Source: a virus
Length of the DNA stretch: 64,000 nucleotides
Virus record (IMG/VR): IMGVR_UViG_3300025070_000022
Location: 25,941 to 89,940 of that record
Strand: one strand, 5' to 3'
This document shows, one piece after another, positions 47,429 to 57,284 of the stretch. The position numbers and the translations under genes are program-made. The number at the start of each line of letters is the position of its first letter. Positions within the stretch are counted from its first letter, which is position 1. The notes beneath the pieces were generated by a model. The model was not told where the DNA came from. It ran no database searches and saw only the letters and a list, made by a program, of their open reading frames with translations.

Positions 47429-47774
47429 CTCTCAAGTCCCCCTTTCTCTTAGGATAGACGACTTCTCGTAGTTGACGATACAAGACTTCGTACTCCTTAC
47501 GAAGTTTGCTAGATAGGGCCACCATATCAATGTTCCTTTCGTCAATACCGTCGAACTTCTTTTTCATCTTATCATCGGATTTGACCAAATCTAATTCTCT
47601 TAGCATGTCAATGAGTTCACCCATTCGAGTGAAATCTTGGCCAAAGTATTCGGTTGGTTCTGCCGATTGTAGAGTCTTCTTCAATCGCTTTCTCTTCTTT
47701 TCATCTAGTGATTCCAAAATTGGACTGTTTTCTTTTTCTATCATATCGGGTTGTTTTAGTATTCTTTCCCACAT
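47421..47774 (-). CDS. WxxILK-tagged protein
   Basis: MWERILKQ. Confidence 0.7.
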   Translation of the reverse strand: MWERILKQPDMIEKENSPILESLDEKKRKRLKKTLQSAEPTEYFGQDFTRMGELIDMLRELDLVKSDDKMKKKFDGIDERNIDMVALSSKLRKEYEVLYRQLREVVYPKRKGDLRDE

Positions 47775-49696
47775 TACTTTTCCTCCTTATTTCCTTGTTC
47801 TTTATTAAATTCTTGAATTAAGTCTTGTATTGTATCATTGTCAATTGTAAGATTTTCTTCTCCTATCTTGTCTGTAAATCGCCTAATATTTTTAATAAGT
47901 AGTCGATACATTCTCTGTTTTTGTCCCTCGGACATTGGATAAAATCTAGGGGGAATACTTGGGAAATAAGTGGATTTAATTTTTTCAATATAATCCAACA
48001 TAAAACTTTCTTCAGTTAATTCTCCAACAAACTCCTCGTTAGTGATACCCCTAGTTTCCATTTCATCGACGGCCTCTTCTATTACATCATAATCAGAAAG
48101 TAGTAGATTTTGTAGTTTGTCAAATCCATATTTCTCAATCAATGGACTTTCCTGTATTTTCTCGGAAACTTCATCTCTTAGCCTTATCAATTCAGCCCTA
48201 GATAATTTACCCAATGCCTCTCTTTTCTTCTGCGCTCTAGGTCTAAGAGCAGTAGACCCCTTTTCTCCAGCATAATCTAAAATGTATTCAAATAAGGTTC
48301 TATTATCAACTGTCTTGTTTAACTCTTGATTCATCCTTTCTCCGTTTTTCATCAAATCAGTATATCCTTTAAACAAGGGAGTATAATAGTCAAGGGAATC
48401 CCCACCAGCCTCCCCTAATTTCTTTTTTCCCGCTTCGTAATCGACAAACCTTTTATTCCTAACATCGTAAAATTTTATTCTATTTTCATTGGTTTTTATT
48501 GATTCCAAAAACCTAACTCTAGAGTTAATTACCGGAACTTCCTTTCCAAGAATAGTTTCTAGTCTCTTTCCAATTTCAATATTGTTTCTTCGCACAGCGT
48601 TTTCATTCTTTTCCAACAATGTTTTTTTGACAAAACTAGCCAAACTGCCTTTGTATTTTATGGCCTTTGTTATTTTATTAGTGGTACTCATTGTATCCTT
48701 TTTGACCTCTAAGTCTTCAATAAGTCCTAATTCACCTTCGCCTAACAATTCTTGTAGCGCATTTATTCGGTCTTCCAATTCTCCTTCATCCTCGTAAGAA
48801 CCCACAAGCGTCAACATATTTTTTAGTAGCCTACTAAAAACTATTTTATGCCTATCAAAAGAAGTATCTATGTTAGGTATTTCCTTTCCATCTACTTTAG
48901 TAGTATCGACAGGCCTAATCTCTCTAGACCTGTTAAGATATTCAGTAATGTTTCTAAGATTGTCAAGCAAAGAACTCCTAGGAGAGCCTTCCTTTTCTTT
49001 TAGTCTTTTAATCAACTTTAGCATAGTTTCTATTGTATTTTCTATACTCTTCTTTTTCTTACTGTAGTAAGCATTTAGAATAGAATCTTTTTTTTCCGGT
49101 TGTAAAATTTCTTTTTCCGAAGAAAAAGAAGAACTATCCTTTACTTTAACAGAGGCTAATTCTTCTTCCATTAGTTTGATGTAAGCAGCAATTCTAATCT
49201 CAAGATTTTTCTCTACTACCTTATTGAGTTTCTTTACTTGTTTTTCCAAGTCCTCACTCAAATCTTCTATTCCATCTTTCTGTGTGAATAACATCTTGGC
49301 TTCTTTCGTGCCTTCTTCATCTAGAGTCTTAGCATATTCTCTAAGTAAAATAGAAATTTCTTCATTGGTATCTTCGACTTCCTTTAACGCATTAAAATAT
49401 GCCCTATTCAAATCCAAATTACCTTGTGCATCAAAATATATATTATCTAAATCCAAATCCAAATGTTTTTCACTAGTGTTTCTCAAATCATTCACAAGAA
49501 TATCTTCTTGCTTTGCATAGTCATTAGGTTTGACTAATATGGAGTGTGAATGTGGCTTTCTAACTTCCTTAATTTCAAAAATAAAATTATCAGCGAGAGC
49601 CTTAGCCGCTTCTAAGTCTCTTTTTACTAGTTCCTCAAATCTCTCTTTCTCGTCTGTAGTAAGGTCCACTTTCAAAAGAAGCAAAGAAATCACCAC
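47774..49696 (-). CDS. Large charged coiled-coil protein
   Basis: 640 aa, E/K-rich. Confidence 0.6.
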   Translation of the reverse strand: MVISLLLLKVDLTTDEKERFEELVKRDLEAAKALADNFIFEIKEVRKPHSHSILVKPNDYAKQEDILVNDLRNTSEKHLDLDLDNIYFDAQGNLDLNRAYFNALKEVEDTNEEISILLREYAKTLDEEGTKEAKMLFTQKDGIEDLSEDLEKQVKKLNKVVEKNLEIRIAAYIKLMEEELASVKVKDSSSFSSEKEILQPEKKDSILNAYYSKKKKSIENTIETMLKLIKRLKEKEGSPRSSLLDNLRNITEYLNRSREIRPVDTTKVDGKEIPNIDTSFDRHKIVFSRLLKNMLTLVGSYEDEGELEDRINALQELLGEGELGLIEDLEVKKDTMSTTNKITKAIKYKGSLASFVKKTLLEKNENAVRRNNIEIGKRLETILGKEVPVINSRVRFLESIKTNENRIKFYDVRNKRFVDYEAGKKKLGEAGGDSLDYYTPLFKGYTDLMKNGERMNQELNKTVDNRTLFEYILDYAGEKGSTALRPRAQKKREALGKLSRAELIRLRDEVSEKIQESPLIEKYGFDKLQNLLLSDYDVIEEAVDEMETRGITNEEFVGELTEESFMLDYIEKIKSTYFPSIPPRFYPMSEGQKQRMYRLLIKNIRRFTDKIGEENLTIDNDTIQDLIQEFNKEQGNKEEK

Positions 49697-49914
49697 TTGT
49701 TTTCTGTTCTTCTTCTTTTCTTAGCCGGTAGTTGGACTACATCGGGAGTATCTGCACTACTTCTAGTAGGGCGATGAGTAGTATCGGGCGGTAGTCCTCC
49801 TACAGAATAGTCTCTAGATTTCTTAGTAGTTCTATCTTCTGCGGCTCGTTGAGAACGGACCTGTGCCAATTCTTTAGCCAATCTTCTTTCTTTTTGTGCT
49901 GTGTCTTCTGTCAT
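49690..49914 (-). CDS. Hypothetical basic protein
   Basis: ORF coupled to the portal gene. Confidence 0.55.
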   Translation of the reverse strand: MTEDTAQKERRLAKELAQVRSQRAAEDRTTKKSRDYSVGGLPPDTTHRPTRSSADTPDVVQLPAKKRRRTENKW

Positions 49915-51557
49915 TATGGTATTCTCCTTTCTGTTCTTGAATCCACATTTTGATTACCTGCGTCTGCTGGCAATCCGGTCATTCGCTTATCGGGGCCTAC
50001 GCTCATGGATGGTTTATTTCTTGTGGTAGCGGGATTCTCTTGAGGCTTACCTCTTCCTTCTAACATTTCTCTATTCATCTCATTAATATCTCTTTGGTCA
50101 AAGTTAGACCCTGCTAAACCATCCATACCGGATTGTGCTTTGTTTTCTTGTCCTTCTTGGGGAGGCTCCTCTTTAGGCTCCGGCTTATTGAAGGTAAAGT
50201 TTCCATCCTCATCCATCTCTACTTCAAATCCTAAGTTCTTAACAGAAGCCGCAATGTTGACTTCTAATTCCCTTCGTCTAAGTTCAGCAATTTCATCTTC
50301 TTCTTCCGAAGGAGGTAGTTTCAAATCCCAATCAGTAATTCCAAATTGCTTTGTTAAGAACGGGAAGACATAATTATTGTAGACATTTTGTGCCATTTGA
50401 ACAGCACGATTAGTGACTAATATTTGCATACCTTCGTTGTTAAGTCCACCGCTAGTAGTGTTGTCAGCCATGAAGACTTTACTAACCCCGTAGAAAGCAG
50501 AAATTCTATCTCTCAAATCATCCTTAACAGAAACATATTCCATTTCTTTAAGACTATCCATGAACTTAATCCATTCAACTGAACCCTTGCCATTGTCGGC
50601 TTCGATTCCCATAACTGGAATATAGTGGGGGTCTTGTTCCATTCTTTCTTTTACACTTCTCCAAAAACTAGCCATAGAGTCCATGTTTCTAGTCTGTACT
50701 GCTAGTAACCCTCTAGGCATTCTGCTCTTGGTATAGGAAGAATTGACATAATTTTCCATTGCTATTAAAGTCATTATATGATTGAATAGAGTCATAACTG
50801 GAGAATGGCCATATAGCCTACTTGGGCTGTATTTACTAAAATGTAGGACTTCACCTTTAATGTAGTACTGCTCATCTCCATTTGCTCTATTGACATAATG
50901 TATAGGGTGTAAATTACTGCCACATTCACCACAAGGTTCGTGTGGCTCCTGTGCAATAAAATTTCTATGATTTATACAAGTGAATCCCTTAGTTCCTCTA
51001 ACTCCAAGTTCATCAGCGTAAATTGCCATAGTAACAGGGTCGCCTCTGAACAACTCTTTGATTCTATGCATACGAATTTTACCATTACCATCTAAGTAAT
51101 ATTCCTTGACAAGAACAATGTAAGCATCATCCATAATGTTTAGGTCGTCTTCTAATTCTTTAAGAACATCAATGAATAACTGTTCGGATTGATTGATGTA
51201 TCCCTCAATAAACTTCTCGGCATATTCTAATTGTTTTGGGTCAGGTTTAGATAATTCCAAGGAACCACATCTAGCACATTCACTAACTGGTCTTTTGTGG
51301 GTCTTTTGACAAGAGTTACATCGGGCTTCGTAAGCCTTCTCCCAAACATATCCTCTTCGGAAAATTTCTTGTTTTAGTTGAGTAATACAAGTACGAACAA
51401 TCACAGACTGTTGGGTGACATTGTAGACCATTGGGGCTGTCATCATGTAAGAGTTCTCACGCTCTTGTATTCCGATGTTGTAGACCTGCCTATCCGCCGG
51501 TTTGGGAGTAGACCTTCTAAACAGTCCACTTATTCCGAATCTTCGCTTTTCTGCCAT
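49914..51557 (-). CDS. Portal protein with Zn-ribbon insertions
   Basis: DLNIMDDAY, EVLHF, RLYGHSP, MPRGLL, ISAFYGV; between terminase and protease. Confidence 0.85.
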   Translation of the reverse strand: MAEKRRFGISGLFRRSTPKPADRQVYNIGIQERENSYMMTAPMVYNVTQQSVIVRTCITQLKQEIFRRGYVWEKAYEARCNSCQKTHKRPVSECARCGSLELSKPDPKQLEYAEKFIEGYINQSEQLFIDVLKELEDDLNIMDDAYIVLVKEYYLDGNGKIRMHRIKELFRGDPVTMAIYADELGVRGTKGFTCINHRNFIAQEPHEPCGECGSNLHPIHYVNRANGDEQYYIKGEVLHFSKYSPSRLYGHSPVMTLFNHIMTLIAMENYVNSSYTKSRMPRGLLAVQTRNMDSMASFWRSVKERMEQDPHYIPVMGIEADNGKGSVEWIKFMDSLKEMEYVSVKDDLRDRISAFYGVSKVFMADNTTSGGLNNEGMQILVTNRAVQMAQNVYNNYVFPFLTKQFGITDWDLKLPPSEEEDEIAELRRRELEVNIAASVKNLGFEVEMDEDGNFTFNKPEPKEEPPQEGQENKAQSGMDGLAGSNFDQRDINEMNREMLEGRGKPQENPATTRNKPSMSVGPDKRMTGLPADAGNQNVDSRTERRIP

Positions 51558-51615
51558 ACTACGAACTCCCCCTCATCTTTGGTTTATCGGCCTATTTAAT
51601 AACCGTATCTCAATA

Positions 51616-51975
51616 TCAAGAACCCTTACGCCACTTCTTGTTTTTCTTTTCTTTGGTTTTACTAGGACTCCACTTTACCTTGTCAGCCCAATAAGCGGCA
51701 GACATTTTACCCCGCTTAATGTTCTTCTTATGTCGTGATTTGAATGCCTTTCTTTGCCCTGCGGTTTGATTGGTCTTAACGCCCTTTTGTCCAAATTTAA
51801 TATATTTGTACTTTCCACCTTCGGAAGCCATAACATGATGTGACTTGCCAGAATTGTCATTTAGCCTTTGTGGAGAATTAAAAGACCTCAATCCCTTAGC
51901 CTTCATTCTTTTACGGGCCGCTTCTCTTGGTCCGGATTTAGGTTTTCTCTTCAACAAAATATCTTCCCAACTCAT
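51616..51975 (-). CDS. WxxILK-tagged basic protein
   Basis: MSWEDILLKR; IKFGQKG...AFKSRH...SAAYWADKVKW, a pattern recalled from small viral proteins. Confidence 0.7.
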   Translation of the reverse strand: MSWEDILLKRKPKSGPREAARKRMKAKGLRSFNSPQRLNDNSGKSHHVMASEGGKYKYIKFGQKGVKTNQTAGQRKAFKSRHKKNIKRGKMSAAYWADKVKWSPSKTKEKKNKKWRKGS

Positions 51976-51984
51976 AACAATTCC

Positions 51985-52302
51985 TCACAAAAACGAATAA
52001 CGGGTTTCTGTTTTAATCCCCATTAATTTACCATCAACAACAATTCTTTGTTTTTCTTTTTTAGTTTCTAACAGGTTTCTGTTCTTCAAATATTTTATGA
52101 TGTAATTATGTATCCTATCTGATTTAATACTTTTATGTAGTTTAGAATACCTGCTTCTTACATCTTCTATGAATATATCAAATTCCTTTATGTTTAGGGA
52201 TTGCCCTTTTAATAGTCGGGCTTCTTGAATAATAATCTTGTTTAGAAAGTCGTAGTCAATTTTCCTTACCCTCCCCCGTTTAATTACTTTTTCCCAACTC
52301 AT
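51985..52302 (-). CDS. WxxILK-tagged basic protein
   Basis: MSWEKVIKR. Confidence 0.65.
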   Translation of the reverse strand: MSWEKVIKRGRVRKIDYDFLNKIIIQEARLLKGQSLNIKEFDIFIEDVRSRYSKLHKSIKSDRIHNYIIKYLKNRNLLETKKEKQRIVVDGKLMGIKTETRYSFL

Positions 52303-52700
52303 TCTTCTCCCCTCAATTGGTTTTCTTTAGAAGTCTTATCATCATCAATTGGGCCACCTTTAGCCCAAGTGTAGCAGGTTCTAGCCGAATGGCATTTGAA
52401 ATCGTGCATCCAACAGTAGCCTAAGCGACCATCTTTATCTGTAGAAAGTGGCATACATTCATCCATTCTTGGAGATATGTCAAATGCAATACAGTTACTA
52501 CAATTAGATTTCTTAGCAACATCAGCAGTAGTATTCCATTTCTTAGCATACTCCTCCCAATACTTTTCGTCGTTTAGATTAAGAGGCCCGTATTGAATAT
52601 GTTTTTCTTTTACTGCCCTGTCCCTATTCTTAGTATTGAGTTTCAAATCTTGGGTAGCCAAGGGGCATTCTAGTTTCTTTAATATAATTGTCCAATCCAT
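52299..52700 (-). CDS. WxxILK-tagged Cys-rich (metal-binding) protein
   Basis: MDWTIILKK; CPLATQD...CSNC...GYCWMHDFKC...C. Confidence 0.7.
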   Translation of the reverse strand: MDWTIILKKLECPLATQDLKLNTKNRDRAVKEKHIQYGPLNLNDEKYWEEYAKKWNTTADVAKKSNCSNCIAFDISPRMDECMPLSTDKDGRLGYCWMHDFKCHSARTCYTWAKGGPIDDDKTSKENQLRGEE

Positions 52701-52704
52701 AATA

Positions 52705-52911
52705 TCACTTCGGGCTTAGTCCATACTTTCTAACCACATTTCTCAACGCAATTCTTTTCTTAGTTTCATTATCCCTTCCACTAAGGTACGGATTATTATA
52801 TTCTTTTTTGTATTCCTCAATATGCTCAGGTGAGAAGTGATAGGTCTTACCATCTATAGTAAATCTTTGACCGATTGCTCTTATTGTTTTTATAACCTCT
52901 TGCCAACTCAT
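52705..52911 (-). CDS. WxxILK-tagged small protein
   Basis: MSWQEVIKT. Confidence 0.6.
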   Translation of the reverse strand: MSWQEVIKTIRAIGQRFTIDGKTYHFSPEHIEEYKKEYNNPYLSGRDNETKKRIALRNVVRKYGLSPK

Positions 52912-53300
52912 GCTGTAAATGGCCCCCTTCTTTTACTAGTTGGCTCATGTGTGTAAAAATCTCCATCTTTGTGAAGAAACAACTTACCTTCCTTTATTAG
53001 TTCAGATAGGGCTTTATCTAAATCCTTTTGACTAGCAATATGCTTCAAATCTTTCATGGCTAAAGCACCTCCTTGTTTGGTCTTGGCAGAAAGGATTTTT
53101 TTCTTAATACCCTTCATTGTATTTTTTGCTTTTTTATTTAACAAATCAAAATCTTCACGGTTGATTTTGCCATCTTTATTTCTATCCAAGTGCTTACTTT
53201 GTTTAGGTGTTAATTTCTTATTTACACATTCTTCACAGTTGCATGGCTTACCCATCTTTTCTGTTCCGCAGTGCCTCTTTAGTATATCTTTCCAAGCCAT
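52908..53300 (-). CDS. WxxILK-tagged protein with EF-hand-like loop and winged-helix-like tail
   Basis: MAWKDILKR; HC..CNCEEC; DRNKDGKINREDF. Confidence 0.65.
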   Translation of the reverse strand: MAWKDILKRHCGTEKMGKPCNCEECVNKKLTPKQSKHLDRNKDGKINREDFDLLNKKAKNTMKGIKKKILSAKTKQGGALAMKDLKHIASQKDLDKALSELIKEGKLFLHKDGDFYTHEPTSKRRGPFTA

Positions 53301-53301
53301 A

Positions 53302-53574
53302 TTATCTACCTTCTACTTTTTTGTAGGCTTTCTTTCCAGCCTTTGTTCTAGGAACATGTTGTTTCCCCTTTCTAGTACCGGCTCTTTTCTTAGCACTCTC
53401 TCGCCTTTTTTGTTCGGGAGTAAGGGAATCTCTTACAGATTTAGGACCATACCTTCCACCTTCTGTAGTAAGGTTGTCCCAATCTTCCTTGTTCCACTCA
53501 ACCATGTCTTTCTGCGCTTCTGTTAAAGCCTTCAAAACATCTTTCCAACTACTTCTTGTTGACAAAGCCACCAC
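53302..53574 (-). CDS. C-terminal half of a DUF5872-like protein
   Basis: SWKDVLKA; W..EDW...RYGP...LTPEQ...KKRAG..KGKQHVP. Confidence 0.55.
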   Translation of the reverse strand: MVALSTRSSWKDVLKALTEAQKDMVEWNKEDWDNLTTEGGRYGPKSVRDSLTPEQKRRESAKKRAGTRKGKQHVPRTKAGKKAYKKVEGR

Positions 53575-53785
53575 CTGCCTTTTGGTAAAGTCTATTCAAC
53601 TCTTGAGATTTTCTAGCAGACCATTTGTATTTTCCAGTACCGTGAGTGTTCTTGGCCCACAATCTCCTATGTATTCTCTCTCTAAGTTTAGGATTAGTAT
53701 AAGTTCCTTTAGGAGCCTTGTAAGTATGCTTAGGAACCTTCCTTTTGCTCCTACTATTTTTCTTGAGAATCTCTTGCCATGTCAC
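53549..53785 (-). CDS. WxxILK-tagged N-terminal half of a DUF5872-like protein
   Basis: GTG start, MTWQEILKK; YTNPKLRERI...WSARKSQ...YQKAGGGF. Confidence 0.6.
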   Translation of the reverse strand: MTWQEILKKNSRSKRKVPKHTYKAPKGTYTNPKLRERIHRRLWAKNTHGTGKYKWSARKSQELNRLYQKAGGGFVNKK

Positions 53786-53873
53786 TTCCCTTCACCTTCC
53801 AACATTCTTTGCAGTATCCAAATGGCCTTAAATCTATAACATCGCATGTATAACATTTAGTACAGTATTCCAA
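53754..53873 (-). CDS. Zn-finger microprotein, 39 aa
   Basis: TTG after AGGTGA; CTKC...CKEC; read manually. Confidence 0.45.
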   Translation of the reverse strand: MEYCTKCYTCDVIDLRPFGYCKECWKVKGSDMARDSQEK

Positions 53874-53881
53874 GTAATCAC

Positions 53882-55498
53882 CTAAGCATTCTCTCTTCTA
53901 AATAGTTGCTTTTCGTTTTTACCATACTTAGTCAAAACTTCTTCGATTTTATTTTTAGCAAAGCCAGCACTAATCATCATCATTTCATCTTCACTGCTTT
54001 CTTCATCTTTCATACCAGCATCTAAGAAAGACATAATAATATCCTCGTCTTCCTTATCCATAGTAGTCTGTTTTAATATCCGTTTAACCTTGTTATAATA
54101 TGCTTTGAATGAAGTATCTCCGAATTCCTTCTTAGCAATGATTCCGCCAATGTTTTCCATTTCATCCATAATAGACATTTTACAATTGCCTTGGTATTTT
54201 GAAATATCATCCACATATATACCTTCCTTAGCAAAATCAAAACCTACATGGTCTTTGTGATTCTCCCACTTCATTAACTTGAAAATCTCATCACAACGAC
54301 CTTTGTACCAATCTGCCTTCTTGTAAGATTTCTTCATTCTAATTAGTTCTAACAGAAGATTGGCATTACCTTTCTTCATCCTAAAATGGGGTAAGCATTT
54401 ACTCAATAGTTCAGTCACATCACTTTGAGAATAGAAATTTAAACGATTAACTGGCCGTGTGTCTTGAGGAGATTTTTGGTCTAAGTGTAATTTACCAATG
54501 CCACCCAAAGCCTTGTGTATTTCAGTCATAAAGGCCTTGCCTCTATCTCCTGTAGCCACCAGTCCGACCCTAGGGTTGTGGTTTCTATCCATAGTGATGT
54601 AGCCATCCGAATCAATAAAGGCGGCAGTGTAAGCCCAAATATTCTTCTTTATTTCCGAGTCTACAGTGAAGTATCTTCCCGAAACAGAAGTGACTTCTAA
54701 TGACTTGGCCATCTTAGAAATAGAGTGCCATGAATTCCTATCATATAATTTAGAAGGCATTCTATCATGTAATTCTCTCGCAGATATTCCTTGATTGTTC
54801 TTGACTTGTTTCAAGATATACTCTCTAGTTTCTTCCTTAATTGATTTCTTTAAAGAGGAAGTAGACACATTTTTAATTTGCTTTCTAAATTCTCTCTTAG
54901 CCAAATTCATTTCTTTGGATAGTGATGAATATTGTTTTCCATAACTAGTATCTTTCAAATCTAATTCTGCTTCCCAGTACTTGCATATTGAATCAATAAC
55001 CCCTCTTCGTTGAGATGCTTCTTTCATACTGTGCAACTTTAAAAGGTCATTCTCATTGAACTTCATTTTCATAAAAGGCTCTCGATAAGGAGTGAGCCAA
55101 TAAATGCTCTTTATGCACTTAGTAATATGTTCGGAATACCCATCAATGATAGCATCTATACTTTTAGCCATTCTATCTCTAGATTCTCCTTTTAGGCTTC
55201 TACGCTGTTTTCTTAAAGATTTGATAACTTCGGGAACTTCCTCACCATAGTACATTTGTTTTTTAGGAAAGGCTTCGATATGCCTTTTTGCTTGAGAAGC
55301 GTTTAGTTTAAATTCTGTAGAAATTTTAGAAACGAGTTCATGCTCGGAAAAAATAGATAGTTCGGTTGAAAGACTTAGAGCAATATTATCATCTAACATA
55401 CTCTTAGCGTCTTCTAAGTCTTTACTTGCTTCTTCTTCTAAAGCGGCTACTTGCTCCAGTCTTTCGCTAGCCTCTCTTAATTCGTCTGGCGTTGGCAT
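53882..55498 (-). CDS. Multidomain protein with LAGLIDADG endonuclease domain
   Basis: WAYTAAFIDSDGYI; preceded by a helical region and winged-helix-like GISARELH. Confidence 0.75.
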   Translation of the reverse strand: MPTPDELREASERLEQVAALEEEASKDLEDAKSMLDDNIALSLSTELSIFSEHELVSKISTEFKLNASQAKRHIEAFPKKQMYYGEEVPEVIKSLRKQRRSLKGESRDRMAKSIDAIIDGYSEHITKCIKSIYWLTPYREPFMKMKFNENDLLKLHSMKEASQRRGVIDSICKYWEAELDLKDTSYGKQYSSLSKEMNLAKREFRKQIKNVSTSSLKKSIKEETREYILKQVKNNQGISARELHDRMPSKLYDRNSWHSISKMAKSLEVTSVSGRYFTVDSEIKKNIWAYTAAFIDSDGYITMDRNHNPRVGLVATGDRGKAFMTEIHKALGGIGKLHLDQKSPQDTRPVNRLNFYSQSDVTELLSKCLPHFRMKKGNANLLLELIRMKKSYKKADWYKGRCDEIFKLMKWENHKDHVGFDFAKEGIYVDDISKYQGNCKMSIMDEMENIGGIIAKKEFGDTSFKAYYNKVKRILKQTTMDKEDEDIIMSFLDAGMKDEESSEDEMMMISAGFAKNKIEEVLTKYGKNEKQLFRRENA

Positions 55499-55507
55499 AT
55501 TTTTCCC

Positions 55508-56941
55508 TCAAAAGTTTAGTCCCATTATGCCGCCACGCCTATTATTTACAGGCGCATCAAATATCCCCAAATCATCTAACAATAAGAAGTTTTCACTAAT
55601 GGTCTTGGTAGCCGCATTAGCCAATGCTAAACTCATTACCATATCGTCGTGTGCGCCAACTCCCTCAAACTTACCTTTCTGCGTAATAGAAAACATAGAT
55701 AATTCTTCAATCAATGCAGAAGTAACTCTTCTACTTTCTTCGTTAGCATAAGGTAGGTTTATTTTTTCATTCTCAAAATTCATTTGTAGATTCAAGATAA
55801 TATCCTGTTTCTTTTTTCTTGTTGTATTGAAATCGTGGACATTTAAATCAGAAATGTTTCTCAATTCTTGTGTAAAGGATTTAGCGAATACATTTGTTTC
55901 AAACAAAATGACTTCCGGTTGAAAGATTTTACCTATCAATCTAACTTTTTGTAGATTCTCCCTAAACTCTACATTCTTAGCCCTGTCTACATAAACAACA
56001 CTTTTGTTATCTTCTTCATCTACTTCCAATACAGTGATTACATTGTAGTCGCCGTCAGTAGAGATAGCAGGGTCAATACCAACATAGTACTTGTAACCCT
56101 CTCTACGAGTGGGCTTCAAGACTAAACTTTTGTTCTTAGACCTCTCTAAGTATTCGGGATTGAATAGCGAAGTACCAGTGGATACAGGAACACAAAGGTA
56201 TTCCCTTGTGAATTTAAGCGAGCCTATTTCTGCCTTCCTAGCCATGAGAGCCTCATAGTCCCAACGATTAGGCCAAAGAGGTTCATTAAGAGAGTTAAAA
56301 CAAGGATACTTTCTAACTGTATATGCCTCGTTTTCCTCTAGTTGAGTGTAAATATCCGTGTAAGAGAAAGGAGTTCCAATAACACGAAGAGAAGCGGAGT
56401 GGTGTAGAGTTGGTATCATGTCACCATAAAACCAATCTGTAACCTTTTGAATTGCAGTTAAACTAAACTCTTTCAAAGGGTCGTCAATAATAATCTCTTG
56501 AGGGTGAAGACCACGAATCTGTGAACCAACAGAACGCTCAAGAATTTGATTTCCATTAGTGAGAGTAATGTTTCCAATAGCCCAACCCTTAGCAGGTTTG
56601 AAATGTTTAATTGTAGGGTTATTGAATACCTTGTCAATGTCTCTCATGTGAACCATAGTCTGCTTTTGGTTAGAGGAAATGTAGAGCATTTGATATGGGG
56701 GTGGTTGGAAGATTAAATTCCAAACAACCCATGAGTGCATGAAGACAGACTTACCGTGACCTCGACTACAAATGATTACTGTTCTTTGAGTCTGCCCCAT
56801 TAACTCAAGCCACTCTTGTTGATGACTTGCGAAATCCCAACCTAGAACATTTTCAAAGAAATAAGGAAATGAATTCTTAGATAGTTCTAAGTCCATTTGC
56901 CGTTCTAGGTTTAACCCTGCAATGTCAGACATATCGCTCAC
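55508..56941 (-). CDS. terL: Terminase large subunit
   Basis: HQ, SRGHGKS, IIIDD, VIGTP, GIDPA, HDDMVMSLALA. Confidence 0.95.
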   Translation of the reverse strand: MSDMSDIAGLNLERQMDLELSKNSFPYFFENVLGWDFASHQQEWLELMGQTQRTVIICSRGHGKSVFMHSWVVWNLIFQPPPYQMLYISSNQKQTMVHMRDIDKVFNNPTIKHFKPAKGWAIGNITLTNGNQILERSVGSQIRGLHPQEIIIDDPLKEFSLTAIQKVTDWFYGDMIPTLHHSASLRVIGTPFSYTDIYTQLEENEAYTVRKYPCFNSLNEPLWPNRWDYEALMARKAEIGSLKFTREYLCVPVSTGTSLFNPEYLERSKNKSLVLKPTRREGYKYYVGIDPAISTDGDYNVITVLEVDEEDNKSVVYVDRAKNVEFRENLQKVRLIGKIFQPEVILFETNVFAKSFTQELRNISDLNVHDFNTTRKKKQDIILNLQMNFENEKINLPYANEESRRVTSALIEELSMFSITQKGKFEGVGAHDDMVMSLALANAATKTISENFLLLDDLGIFDAPVNNRRGGIMGLNF

Positions 56942-56952
56942 CCCTTCTTCTA

Positions 56953-57279
56953 CTATTCTTGTTCTTTTATGAAATCGACCTTTCTTTTAAAAGCCTGATA
57001 AAAATTCGACAAAGCCAGTCTAATATCAAAAATATCATCGTATGGCCAATCGTCCATATAATCTTCCATCTTGGCAATTTGCCTACTGATAAAAAATATG
57101 ATGTCTTCTTCGTAGTTTTCTCCTTCAAGTACTCTTTTAATATCAGATAACCTACCGGCAAACGACTCCCAATGACCGCCATATTGATTATGTCCTTGTC
57201 GGATTTTGTTTTCTAAATCCTCGTATCTTTCTAATAGGGTTTCTGTAGTTTCAAACTTTAATATTCCTTTCCAACTCAT
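56953..57279 (-). CDS. WxxILK-tagged acidic protein
   Basis: MSWKGILKF, ATG at 57279 after GGTGA. Confidence 0.65.
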   Translation of the reverse strand: MSWKGILKFETTETLLERYEDLENKIRQGHNQYGGHWESFAGRLSDIKRVLEGENYEEDIIFFISRQIAKMEDYMDDWPYDDIFDIRLALSNFYQAFKRKVDFIKEQE

Positions 57280-57284
57280 GTTAA

